DNA from: a virus
Taxonomy: Duplodnaviria; Caudoviricetes
Direction: 5' to 3' (one strand)
DNA length: 27,279 bases
Virus record (IMG/VR): IMGVR_UViG_3300033067_001707
Coordinates: 1-27,279 of that record
A program made the translations under genes and the position numbers. The notes under the pieces are model-generated. The model ran no database searches and was not told the DNA's origin. It saw only the letters and a program-made list of their open reading frames with translations. Positions within the stretch are counted from its first letter, which is position 1, and each line of letters begins with the position of its first letter. Below are positions 16,060 through 24,128 of the stretch, piece after piece.

Positions 16060-17013
16060 CTATGCCGCCTTGTTCGGGTGCGCCCAGGCGTGCAGCTGGG
16101 TCCAGCGCTCCATGTGCTTGGCGCGGTTGGGGTGCCGGGGGTTCATGAATTCCTTGGTGAACTCGGCATCGCCCTGCAGGCGCTGGATTTCCGCCTGCGC
16201 CTCCGCCGGGGTCAGCACGCGGTTGCCGGGGGTGCCGCCGGTGCCGCTGCCGCCGCGCAGGTCGCCGGGCTCGGCCAGGCGCTTGCCGACTTCGGCGAAG
16301 GCCTTCACCAGCTTGGGGTGCGCGCCCATCATGGAACCGTCTGGCATGCGGGTGTTGGCCAACAGCTCGGCCAGCTCCCTGCCGCCGATTTCGATCACGG
16401 CGCGGTTGGCGGCGTGCAAGGTGTCGTCGTAGGCATCGCCCCATTCGGCCTTCAGGTCGCGCGCCACGGCAGCGGCAACTTCCACCGCGCGGGCGTCCTG
16501 CTGCTCGCGCGCCTGCGTCACCTGGGTGCCATAGAGCTCCATGACGCCGGCGGCCTGCTTCGCGGACAAGCCCAGCTTGTGGAAGGCCTCGCGGGCGGCC
16601 GGTTCCACGCCTTCCAGCATGCCTTCGGGCAGGCCGCTGAACTGGTAGCCGTCCGGCTTTTCCGGGCGGCCCAGCTGGGCGTAGATATCGCCCCATTCCG
16701 GCGCGGCCTCGTCGGCCGGCAGGCGCAGCACCTTGCCCTTGTCCAGGCCCACCATGCGCGCGGCGTTGTCGTAGCTCTTGGCCAAGACCTCGATGGTGGG
16801 AATGTCCTTGAACGCCGGGTTGGCGCGGTAGGCCTCGGGCAGCCAGTCGCGCGGGTCGGCGCCACCAGGCGGCGCTGCGGCGCCGCCGGCATTGTCTGCG
16901 TCTCGCGCGCCCGCGGCGCTGCCGGCGTCGGTAGGCGGGGCGCCCGCGTTCAGCAGGCTGGTGGGGGCGGCCGGCGGCGCAGCTCCGCCGGCGTTGGGGT
17001 CAGCACCGTTCAT
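16060..17013 (-). CDS. Capsid scaffolding protein (317 aa)
   Basis: Low-complexity N-terminus; LAKSY, LGRPEKPDGY and LKAEWG..YD motifs; C-terminal HPNRAKHMER; upstream of the capsid gene. Confidence 0.8.
   Translation of the reverse strand: MNGADPNAGGAAPPAAPTSLLNAGAPPTDAGSAAGARDADNAGGAAAPPGGADPRDWLPEAYRANPAFKDIPTIEVLAKSYDNAARMVGLDKGKVLRLPADEAAPEWGDIYAQLGRPEKPDGYQFSGLPEGMLEGVEPAAREAFHKLGLSAKQAAGVMELYGTQVTQAREQQDARAVEVAAAVARDLKAEWGDAYDDTLHAANRAVIEIGGRELAELLANTRMPDGSMMGAHPKLVKAFAEVGKRLAEPGDLRGGSGTGGTPGNRVLTPAEAQAEIQRLQGDAEFTKEFMNPRHPNRAKHMERWTQLHAWAHPNKAA
16898..16927 (-). repeat. Structured repeat copy 5 (inside scaffold gene)
   Basis: Minus: CGCC GGCA GCGCC-GCG-GGCGC GCGA GACGC; one outer-stem mismatch on this strand. 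Confidence 0.75.
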
Positions 17014-17348
17014 GCCATAGCTCCTTGCAGCGCCTTCCGTGCCACCGCTTCGCCGGCTGTGGTCAGCCACCACCAGGAGCTTTCCGGGGTGTTTCCGCTG
17101 CCGCGTTCGTCACGGCTGCCGGCGCCATTGACCCATCCGTTGTAGTAGAACTCTTGCATCTTGTTGGCGCTCGTTTTCAGGGCGGCGCGGTTCAGCATGT
17201 TGCAGCCGCCGCACGGCTGCACCGCATCAAGCAACGCCTGCAGGATCTGCCTTTCGCGTTGGGTGTAGCGTTCGTAGCCCTCGTTTGGGACATGCGACAT
17301 GCCCCAATTTCGCGCCTTTCTTGGAACGAAATTGTCAGTTTCCGGCAT
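17010..17348 (-). CDS. Hypothetical protein, lower GC, possible winged-helix (112 aa)
   Basis: Strong GGAGG RBS; stop overlaps the scaffold ATG; C-terminal WWLTTAGEAVA resembles a wHTH wing/helix. Confidence 0.55.
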   Translation of the reverse strand: MPETDNFVPRKARNWGMSHVPNEGYERYTQRERQILQALLDAVQPCGGCNMLNRAALKTSANKMQEFYYNGWVNGAGSRDERGSGNTPESSWWWLTTAGEAVARKALQGAMA

Positions 17349-17351
17349 CGT

Positions 17352-17567
17352 CTAATCCTCCTTGGCAGTCTCGGGGGTCTGTGTCTGCGCCTCGCGCGCC
17401 TCCGGCGCTGCTGGCGAAGGCGCATCGGCTGGCTTGGGCGCCGCCTTGCGCTTGGGGCGGGCGGCCTCGGCGGCGTCCAGCACGCGCTGGGCCAGCTGCT
17501 CATTGCTGATGGCGCGGTCGAAACGGTCGTACGCCAGCACGGTGGCGACGTTCTGCACGATGGACAT
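17352..17567 (-). CDS. Hypothetical protein (71 aa)
   Basis: AAGGAG RBS; fits the gap exactly; low-complexity C-terminus. Confidence 0.65.
   Translation of the reverse strand: MSIVQNVATVLAYDRFDRAISNEQLAQRVLDAAEAARPKRKAAPKPADAPSPAAPEAREAQTQTPETAKED
17387..17416 (-). repeat. Structured repeat copy 6 (inside the 71-aa ORF)
   Basis: Minus: CGCC AGCA GCGCC-GGA-GGCGC GCGA GGCGC. Confidence 0.8.
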
Positions 17568-17569
17568 GG

Positions 17570-17905
17570 CTACTCCTTGGGGTCGGACGGAAGCAGGCTT
17601 TCGGTGTCGCCAGACAGGATCATGGCGTTCACCTGGCCGGGGTCGGCGTTCAGCATTTCCACGATTTCCAGCGCGAGCTGGCGCCGGCCCTCGTCGTAGT
17701 AGGTTTGCAACGGGTCGGTGGTGCTGAGGCGCTGCATGACCTTGCCGCGGCGCAGCAGGTCGGCCAGCACTTCCTGGCCGTCGCGGGTGGCGAAGGTGCG
17801 GCGATAGGCCAGGGCCAGCGCCTGGCGCTCACGCCGCAGGCGGGCTTCCTCGGCCTCTAGCGGCTCGGGCTGGCGATCGCGGCGGCGGAACCAGAGGCGG
17901 GCCAT
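17570..17905 (-). CDS. Bbp19-like conserved small phage protein (111 aa)
   Basis: YRRTF.T.DGQEVLADL...DP..TYYDEGRR....I...LN is typical of the small gene found between portal and scaffold; TAATG overlap. Confidence 0.7.
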   Translation of the reverse strand: MARLWFRRRDRQPEPLEAEEARLRRERQALALAYRRTFATRDGQEVLADLLRRGKVMQRLSTTDPLQTYYDEGRRQLALEIVEMLNADPGQVNAMILSGDTESLLPSDPKE

Positions 17906-18246
17906 TATCGGCGTGCCGTTCTGCTGCGGAGCCACCAGCGGTGCACTGTCTTCGCCGGGGTAGCGCGGCCTTTGATCGCGATGACACAGGCCAGCGCTCC
18001 GGTGCAGTGGTCAAGCGCACCGCGCAGCCCGTTGCACCAGGCGCACATGGGTCGAAGGTTATGCGGCTCGGTGGCGCCGCCGCGCTCGCGCGGCAGGATA
18101 TGATCCACGGTGAGTAAGGTGGAAGCACGCTCGGGCGGGGGTGGCGTATGGCTCCACATTTCCACGTCGCAACTTGGGCAGCGCATCGGCAGGCCATCCG
18201 CCGCCCTCAGGAAGTGGCGGCGGGCCTTGGTCTGGGTTGTCACCAT
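17905..18246 (-). CDS. HNH endonuclease (113 aa)
   Basis: CPSC...TVDHILPRERGG...NLRPMCAWCN, a Zn-binding HNH signature. Confidence 0.85.
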   Translation of the reverse strand: MVTTQTKARRHFLRAADGLPMRCPSCDVEMWSHTPPPPERASTLLTVDHILPRERGGATEPHNLRPMCAWCNGLRGALDHCTGALACVIAIKGRATPAKTVHRWWLRSRTARR

Positions 18247-20159
18247 CAGTCCACCAGCCCCCCGAACCTGTCGCTGCCATCCAGCACGTGATCCAGCGGC
18301 ACCAGCACGCAGCGGCTGAGCACGCCGCCGAACCGCATTTCCTTGCTGCGCAGCGCATCCGGCGCGGTTTCCAGCGCCGCCTTCCAGCCGCCGCTGGTGC
18401 CGCTGGCCGCCGCGTAGTGGCTGCCGCGGAACACGCTGCTGTTCAGCGCCTGGTGGCCGTTGGCCACGGCGAGCCAGCCGATCGCGCGCCCGCCGTTGTT
18501 GGTGGCGGGCGGGTAGGTGGCGGGGTCGGTCTTGTGGCGGCGCAGCGGCAGCACCGTCTGCTGCTTCTGGCCTTCCTCGGGCTCGGGATACTGCAGCACC
18601 ACGCGCAGGCCATACTGCGCCAGGATGCGGTTGGCGGCCATGCGCTCGTCGGCCAGAACTTCCTTCACCGCGCCGGTTTCGGGATCCGTCCAGATGGGCG
18701 CGAAGGCGGCGGTGGCGATCAGGTGGCCGATGTTCTCCTGCCCGCCGCGGCGGCCCTGCACGTTGGTGCTGGTGATCCGTTCAAGGCAGCGCTGCCATTC
18801 CATCAGTTCTTCGGCGCGGTCGCTGGCGGTGCCCTCGGCCAGCTTCATGGCGAGGTCCTGCAGCTCGTCGGCGGTGGCGGGCTCGTCGTGCAGCGCGATA
18901 TCGGCGGCGGCCAGCAAAATGCCGAACTGCTCGGGGGCGCGGTCGCGCAGGCCAGCTTCCTTCAGCGCGTGCTGCCAGCGCGGCAGCTCGTCGTTGAAGC
19001 GGTGCCAGCCGTCCATCATGCGGCGGAACAGGCGGCGGCCCAGCAGGGCCAACTCGCTGGGCTTCAACACCAGCGGCGGGGTGGCGGGATCCAGCGGCTT
19101 CAGGTTCAGCAGCATCAGGCGGCTGAGATCCTGCGCCTTCAGCGCCGGGCGCAGGATGGAGTTCATCAGCCCCATGAAGCGCACGGTGAAGGTGGCGCTG
19201 CCGTGGTCGGCGGTGCCGCGCAGCATCATGCTGCCGGTGCTGGCGGCGCGCAGCAGCTGCACCAGGGATTTCACGCGCTCGGGCGTTTCCTCCGCCTCCG
19301 CGTCATCGAACAGCACCGGCAGGCAATTGTGCTGCAGCACCGCGCGCACGCCGGCGGCGGTGGCATCGCCGGTGCGCACGCAGCCGGCGGGTTCGTGCAG
19401 CAGCATGCCCATGGCGCGGAACAGGGAGGATTTGCCGGCGGCGCGCGGGCCCGTCACCCAGCCGTGCGGGCGCCAATCGAGCGCGCCGGCGTAGAAGCTG
19501 GCGACGATCCAGCCCAGCATCAGCCGCTTGTCCAGCTCCGGCCGTTCCCAATTCCAGCGGCCCAGCAGGTCGAACAGCTCGCCGGCCGGGCCGCCGGCGC
19601 CGCCGCCCTGGTATTGCTCGGCCGGGCGCGGGCGCGGGGCGGCGGTGGGATACACGAAATCGCCGATGCGGCCGGGCTTCATGGCGGTGTGGCCCACCAG
19701 GATCACGTCGCCGAAATGCTGCACCAGGTCATCATCGGCGCCGCGATGGGTGCCGGTGCCGCGCACGCGGCCCAGGGGGTTGAACACGCCTTCCGCGGCG
19801 CAGGCGTTCATCAGGTCGCGCGCCACGGCATCGGGCTTGAAGTCCACCACGATTTCGGCATCGCCGCGGGCCTTGATGGTCTTGGCCCATTCCGGCTTTT
19901 TCTCCGCGGCCTTCAGCAGCCACTCGCCCCGCGGGGCGAACAGGCCATGCAGGGTGAGCTTGGAGAGCTTCGCCTGCGGCACGGCGCGCACCTGGCCTAC
20001 CACGTCCAGGAAGAACAGCGTGCCATCGTTGGTGCCCAGGGCCGTCACGGGGCAATCGTCGGGCACGAAATCCTCGCCACCGCGGCGCGGGCGGCGCGGC
20101 TCGGCCTCCTGCAGGCGGGTGCGCAGGGGCGAGACGTTGGAGGCTGGGGTTTCGCTCAT
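18246..20159 (-). CDS. P-loop NTPase, putative replicative helicase (637 aa)
   Basis: Walker A GPRAAGKS, Walker B PVLFDDAE and downstream LRAASTG...RG; coupled to the primase by an ATGA overlap. Confidence 0.78.
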   Translation of the reverse strand: MSETPASNVSPLRTRLQEAEPRRPRRGGEDFVPDDCPVTALGTNDGTLFFLDVVGQVRAVPQAKLSKLTLHGLFAPRGEWLLKAAEKKPEWAKTIKARGDAEIVVDFKPDAVARDLMNACAAEGVFNPLGRVRGTGTHRGADDDLVQHFGDVILVGHTAMKPGRIGDFVYPTAAPRPRPAEQYQGGGAGGPAGELFDLLGRWNWERPELDKRLMLGWIVASFYAGALDWRPHGWVTGPRAAGKSSLFRAMGMLLHEPAGCVRTGDATAAGVRAVLQHNCLPVLFDDAEAEETPERVKSLVQLLRAASTGSMMLRGTADHGSATFTVRFMGLMNSILRPALKAQDLSRLMLLNLKPLDPATPPLVLKPSELALLGRRLFRRMMDGWHRFNDELPRWQHALKEAGLRDRAPEQFGILLAAADIALHDEPATADELQDLAMKLAEGTASDRAEELMEWQRCLERITSTNVQGRRGGQENIGHLIATAAFAPIWTDPETGAVKEVLADERMAANRILAQYGLRVVLQYPEPEEGQKQQTVLPLRRHKTDPATYPPATNNGGRAIGWLAVANGHQALNSSVFRGSHYAAASGTSGGWKAALETAPDALRSKEMRFGGVLSRCVLVPLDHVLDGSDRFGGLVD

Positions 20160-21277
20160 CCGGCGTTCCTCGCGTGCTGGGTCGCTTGGGCGGATGCGCC
20201 GGCAGCGGAGCGCGAGGCGCCACTGAGGGTCGCCATGCGCCAGTCGTTGAAGTCCTTGAAACCCTCGGGCGGGCGGGCCTCGCGCACGTCGCGGCCTTCG
20301 CGCGTGTAGCGTTCCACGGCCGCTTCCACGGCGTGCGCGCTGGCGGGGTTCTCGCCGTCGCGGTCCAGGCACAGCACCACGGTGCCGATGCTGGCCGGCA
20401 GGTCCAGGTTGCCCAGGTTGCCCACGTTGATGGCCGCCAGCACGCGCCAGCCCGGCATTTCGGTGGCGATGGTCAACCCGTCCTCGATGCCTTCGCAGAT
20501 GGCCACCACATCGCCTTCGGGTGCCTTGGCCAGCGGCAGGCCGGACGCGCCGCGCGCCAGCGGGATGTAGCCGCCCTGCTGCCGGCCCAGCACCTTCTTG
20601 GCCTTCGTGATGGGCGCCTTGCGCCACACGCCGGATGCATCCCGCTCAATCCAGGTGCGGTGCACGCCGATCATGTCGGCGCCGCGCATGATGCACGCCA
20701 CCATGGCGGGGGCGACACGGTTGCGCTCGGGGCACAGGCATTCGGGGTCGTAGCGCAGCGCGCTGGGCAGGTGGGCGAGGTCGGCACGGCGGATGCCGCG
20801 GCCGGCCAGGTAGTGCTCCACCGGCGAGGTCGGCCAGGGCAGGGCGTTCAGGAAGATCTTGTGCGCCAGCTTGGAGCGCTGCGCCTGCACGTGCTGGGGG
20901 TCCACGCGCGGGCGCGGCGGGGGCGGCGCCACTTCGCGCACGCGCTCGTCGGACAGGCCCAGCCAGGTGCGGGCCCAGCGCAGCGCTTCCGGCACGTCGC
21001 CGCCGGTGCGGGTGGCGGCGATCAGGTCCAGCGCATCGCCCTTGTCGCGGCCCAGCACGCCGCCGCCGGCCGCGCCCTGGAAGTTCATCCACACGCCTTG
21101 CTTGCCGCCGCTGAGGCAGACCGACACGCCATGGCCGGGCGAGCCCTGCAGGTCGCCGGCCACCCATTCGCGGCCTTCCATCTTGCCGCCCGGCAGCAGG
21201 TCACGCGCCAGCTGGTCGATGCGCGCGGTGAGCATGCCCTTGATCTGGTCGAGCGTGTAGAGGTGCTGGCGGGTCAT
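20156..21277 (-). CDS. Toprim-domain primase, phage/plasmid type (373 aa)
   Basis: GVW.NF...GDALDLI N-domain; HYLAGRGI; GVHRTWI; Toprim motifs ICEGIEDGL and LCLDRD; KDFND. Confidence 0.85.
   Translation of the reverse strand: MTRQHLYTLDQIKGMLTARIDQLARDLLPGGKMEGREWVAGDLQGSPGHGVSVCLSGGKQGVWMNFQGAAGGGVLGRDKGDALDLIAATRTGGDVPEALRWARTWLGLSDERVREVAPPPPRPRVDPQHVQAQRSKLAHKIFLNALPWPTSPVEHYLAGRGIRRADLAHLPSALRYDPECLCPERNRVAPAMVACIMRGADMIGVHRTWIERDASGVWRKAPITKAKKVLGRQQGGYIPLARGASGLPLAKAPEGDVVAICEGIEDGLTIATEMPGWRVLAAINVGNLGNLDLPASIGTVVLCLDRDGENPASAHAVEAAVERYTREGRDVREARPPEGFKDFNDWRMATLSGASRSAAGASAQATQHARNAG
20196..20220 (+). repeat. Structured repeat copy 7 (primase 3' end, opposite orientation)
   Basis: Plus: GCGCC GGCA GC-GGA-GC GCGA GGCGC. 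Confidence 0.85.
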
Positions 21278-21690
21278 AGGGACAAAAGGTTCCGCTGCGC
21301 CGGCTCGCGCTTCGGCCTTGGTGGTTGCGGCGCGAAATCTGGCGTGAAGAAACCGAGCTGGCCGCGGCACGGCCGGAACGGCAGCGGGCGAGCGTTGCGG
21401 ATGACAAAGCCGAACGGCCCGAAGAACCAAGGCGATGGGCTGCTGGTGACGCAATCGACAATTTCCGCAATGCCGATGATGCCGCCTGTGTCGAAAGTAT
21501 CCGGCTGCTGAATGTCGGGCCAATCCCAAAGCAGCGAGGGGCCTTCGTCCAGATAATCAGGATCGAAGCGTTTTCCTGCATGGATCAGCACTTCACCACG
21601 GTAGAACGTGGACCATCCCCTGTTCTCGATATCCTTGTGCCCGGCTGCAATCAGCCAAGCCCATGGTTGCATGATGCTTAGAGCTTTCAC
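21274..21690 (-). CDS. ASCH-domain protein (138 aa)
   Basis: KALSIMQPWAWLI..GHKDIENR.W...RG..LIHA, GGIIG..EIVDC and PCRGQLGFF; GTG start overlaps the portal stop. Confidence 0.88.
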   Translation of the reverse strand: MKALSIMQPWAWLIAAGHKDIENRGWSTFYRGEVLIHAGKRFDPDYLDEGPSLLWDWPDIQQPDTFDTGGIIGIAEIVDCVTSSPSPWFFGPFGFVIRNARPLPFRPCRGQLGFFTPDFAPQPPRPKREPAQRNLLSL

Positions 21691-23285
21691 GCCGGCTGGC
21701 CTCCGCCCTGGATGCCGGCCAGGGTGGCCAGGGCGGCGGCGCCGTCCTTTGCCGCACCGGCGCCGGATTTCAGCAGCTCCGCCTGCGCCAGCTGCTGCTG
21801 CTGCTGCGCCTCGGCGTTGGCCTTCTCCGCCAGTTCCTCCGGCGTGCGCAGCAGGGCCACGGGAAGGCCGGTGCGGTCGGCCAGGAAATCGGCCGTGCGC
21901 GCCGGGTGGATCACGTTGGCCGTGGTGGGGTCGATCTGCATCAGCGGCTGCATGGCGGCGAAGAACCGCATCACGGTTTCCGCGTCGGCCTGGCGCTGGG
22001 CGCGGCTGAGCGGGCCCAGGTATTCCACCCACCAGCCGCCGCCCCGCTGCAGGGCGGCCGGCAGCGGCGGGAAAAAGCCGTTGCGCAGCAGGATCGCGAA
22101 GGTGCGGGCCAGCAGCGGCGCCAGCAGCTCCGCCTCCTGCCGTTCCGTCATCGGGCCCAGCAGGCGCAGCAGCTCGTCGCGGCGCTGCAGCACTTCGGTG
22201 GCCGTCATGTTGGGCTGCTGCGGCAGGCGCAGCCAGGTGACGTAGAAGATGGCGCTGATGCGCTCCTGCACCTGCTCAATCTTCTTCTCGGCGAGGTCCG
22301 GCCGCGCGCCGGTCTGGATCGGGCCGATGCGGTCCACGTGCCGCGTGTCGCCGCGCAGGTAGTTGAACGCCCCGGGGTTGAAGTTGGGCGCGTTCAGAAA
22401 GCCGTCATCCGGCAGCATCAGCGGCGGGTCCACCACCTTGGCCAGGCCGCGCAGGTTGAGGCGCTCGATCTCGTTCAGCATCTTCACGTCGGCCAGCGCG
22501 TTCACGCCGGGGCCGGCGCCGTAGGTTTCGCCGCTGCGCAGGGTCCAGCGGCCCACGGCGAAGGGGAATTCCTGGTAGCGGCCGTGCTCGAGGTACTGCT
22601 GCTGGTGGCACCACATCGTATCGAAGCCGCCTCGCGCTGCGCTGCCGGCGGGTTGCGTGGCATGGGTGATGGTCACGGGCTCGTCGGGGTGGCTGTTGCC
22701 CTTGCGGCGCAGCTGCTCGGGCGTGGTATCGGGCCAGAGGCGCAGCACTTCGCGCAGCGGCAGCTGGTATTCGCGATACAGGGTATCCACCTGGCGGTCG
22801 GCGTTCTCGGCGAAGTAGCATTCCGCCAGCGGGATGGACTGGAAGCGCGCGCCGCGGCGGCCCTTGTCGGCAATGAAGATCACGCCGGCGCCGGGGCCGG
22901 AGAGTTCCAGGAAGGTTTCGTGCAGCGCCACGCCGGCGCCGGTGGCAGCGCTCTTGATGTGCGCATCCATGATATCGGTGGCGGCCTCGAACCAGGCGAC
23001 GGTGGCGCGGTCGCGCGCCAGCTCGGGCGCCGGCTGCAGCTTGAACCAACGCAGCGCCGGCGAGGTCAGCATGCCGTGCAGCCCGCCGGCGAGCTGTTCC
23101 AGCGCCAGCACCGGGTGGGTGTTGAAGATCTTGCCGCCGCGCTTCTGCCCGGGCGTGGGCGTGGTGGTGTAGGCGCGGCTGGGGATCATGTAGTCCGCGA
23201 TTTCCTGCCACACGCTATCGTGGTTGGAGCGCTTGGCCTTCAGCTCCTGCAGGCGCTGATGCGCGGCCTTGGGGTCAATGGCCAT
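21687..23285 (-). CDS. Portal (head-tail connector, T7 gp8-like; 532 aa)
   Basis: WQEIADY, LAGGLHGMLTSP...WF, RW....GETYG.GPG..AL.DVK.L and MTATEVLQR..E....LGP. Confidence 0.92.
   Translation of the reverse strand: MAIDPKAAHQRLQELKAKRSNHDSVWQEIADYMIPSRAYTTTPTPGQKRGGKIFNTHPVLALEQLAGGLHGMLTSPALRWFKLQPAPELARDRATVAWFEAATDIMDAHIKSAATGAGVALHETFLELSGPGAGVIFIADKGRRGARFQSIPLAECYFAENADRQVDTLYREYQLPLREVLRLWPDTTPEQLRRKGNSHPDEPVTITHATQPAGSAARGGFDTMWCHQQQYLEHGRYQEFPFAVGRWTLRSGETYGAGPGVNALADVKMLNEIERLNLRGLAKVVDPPLMLPDDGFLNAPNFNPGAFNYLRGDTRHVDRIGPIQTGARPDLAEKKIEQVQERISAIFYVTWLRLPQQPNMTATEVLQRRDELLRLLGPMTERQEAELLAPLLARTFAILLRNGFFPPLPAALQRGGGWWVEYLGPLSRAQRQADAETVMRFFAAMQPLMQIDPTTANVIHPARTADFLADRTGLPVALLRTPEELAEKANAEAQQQQQLAQAELLKSGAGAAKDGAAALATLAGIQGGGQPA
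22627..22651 (-). repeat. Structured repeat copy 8 (inside portal gene)
   Basis: Minus: CCGCC GGCA GC-GCA-GC GCGA GGCGG. Confidence 0.8.
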
Positions 23286-23949
23286 GGGCGGCCTCCGGCG
23301 CTGCAATGAACATGTCCGCCTGTCGCTGCGCCTGCTCAATGCGCTTGCAGGCCAGGTCGAAGAACCGCGGTTCCACCTCGATGCCGATGAAGCGCCGGCC
23401 GGCGCGCACACAGCCCACGCCGGTGGTGCCACTGCCCATGAAGGGGTCGAGCACCACCTCGCCCGCGTCGGTGGCTCGATCCACCAGCCAGTCGAAATGC
23501 ACCTGCGCGCGCGACATGGGGTGTCCGTTGGCGGGGCGCTGCTGAGGCTGTGCCGCGGGCGCGCGGCCGGGCACCAAATGGCGTCCAGGGCCGGATTTGG
23601 TGGGTGCGCCGAACCAATAGGCCAGCTCGTCGCCTCCGAGCACGCGGCCAAGATAGGCCGGCATGACGTAGGGGAGCAGGATGGAGCGGAAGAATGGGTG
23701 CCAGCGGTAGGCCGCAAGAAAACGAGGATCGCTGTCGCAGCGCATCACGATGACAGCGCGCTGGTGCACCGGGAGGCGCATGCAGGCGGTTTCGAAGAGC
23801 CCATGCGGGTTGTCGCTGCCCGCGACCGAATTCGGCGGACAGTTGGGCCAAACGGGATCGGTAACGATCACGTCGGCTTTCAGCTCCTGCATGACCTCGC
23901 GACAATCGGCGAGGATCAGCGTTGCCGCGCCAAGCTGTTCCATGCGCAT
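23275..23949 (-). CDS. DNA amino-methyltransferase, beta-class-like, with atypical motif IV (224 aa)
   Basis: LILADC...IVTDPVW near the N-terminus; HP; VLDPFMGSGTTG...RRFIGIE SAM-binding motif near the C-terminus. Confidence 0.85.
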   Translation of the reverse strand: MRMEQLGAATLILADCREVMQELKADVIVTDPVWPNCPPNSVAGSDNPHGLFETACMRLPVHQRAVIVMRCDSDPRFLAAYRWHPFFRSILLPYVMPAYLGRVLGGDELAYWFGAPTKSGPGRHLVPGRAPAAQPQQRPANGHPMSRAQVHFDWLVDRATDAGEVVLDPFMGSGTTGVGCVRAGRRFIGIEVEPRFFDLACKRIEQAQRQADMFIAAPEAAHGH

Positions 23950-24128
23950 CAGGTGTGCGCCTTCCCGATCTGGTGCTGCAGCACGGCCTCGCGGTTCGCC
24001 CGGATGGCGGCAATGGCCACTTCGCGCGCGGCCTCGTCGGTGAGGCGCGCCACCTGCATCGTTTCCAATGCGGCGGCGATCGCGCGAGCGGTTGGCTCAA
24101 TCATGTAGGCCGGCGGTTCCCAGCTCAT
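23949..24128 (-). CDS. Hypothetical protein (59 aa), absent from the ORF track
   Basis: MSWEPPAYMIEPTARAIAAAL...QIGKAHT; ATGA overlap upstream and TGATG overlap downstream. Confidence 0.6.
   Translation of the reverse strand: MSWEPPAYMIEPTARAIAAALETMQVARLTDEAAREVAIAAIRANREAVLQHQIGKAHT

Noticed and set aside
17416-22651. Idea that hairpin orientation flips around an origin in the helicase region, as lagging-strand priming sites would
   Set aside because: Copies 1-6 are on the minus strand and 7 and 9 on the plus strand, but copy 8 (22627) is on the minus strand right of the supposed switch, so the polarity is not clean.
755-23717. Extended N-termini given by the ORF track for spike (3325), GNAT (11685), helicase (20627), primase (21529), ASCH (22032) and portal (23717)
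   Set aside because: The extensions overlap upstream genes and read as Arg/Pro-rich noise; downstream starts give stop/start overlaps and family-typical N-termini.
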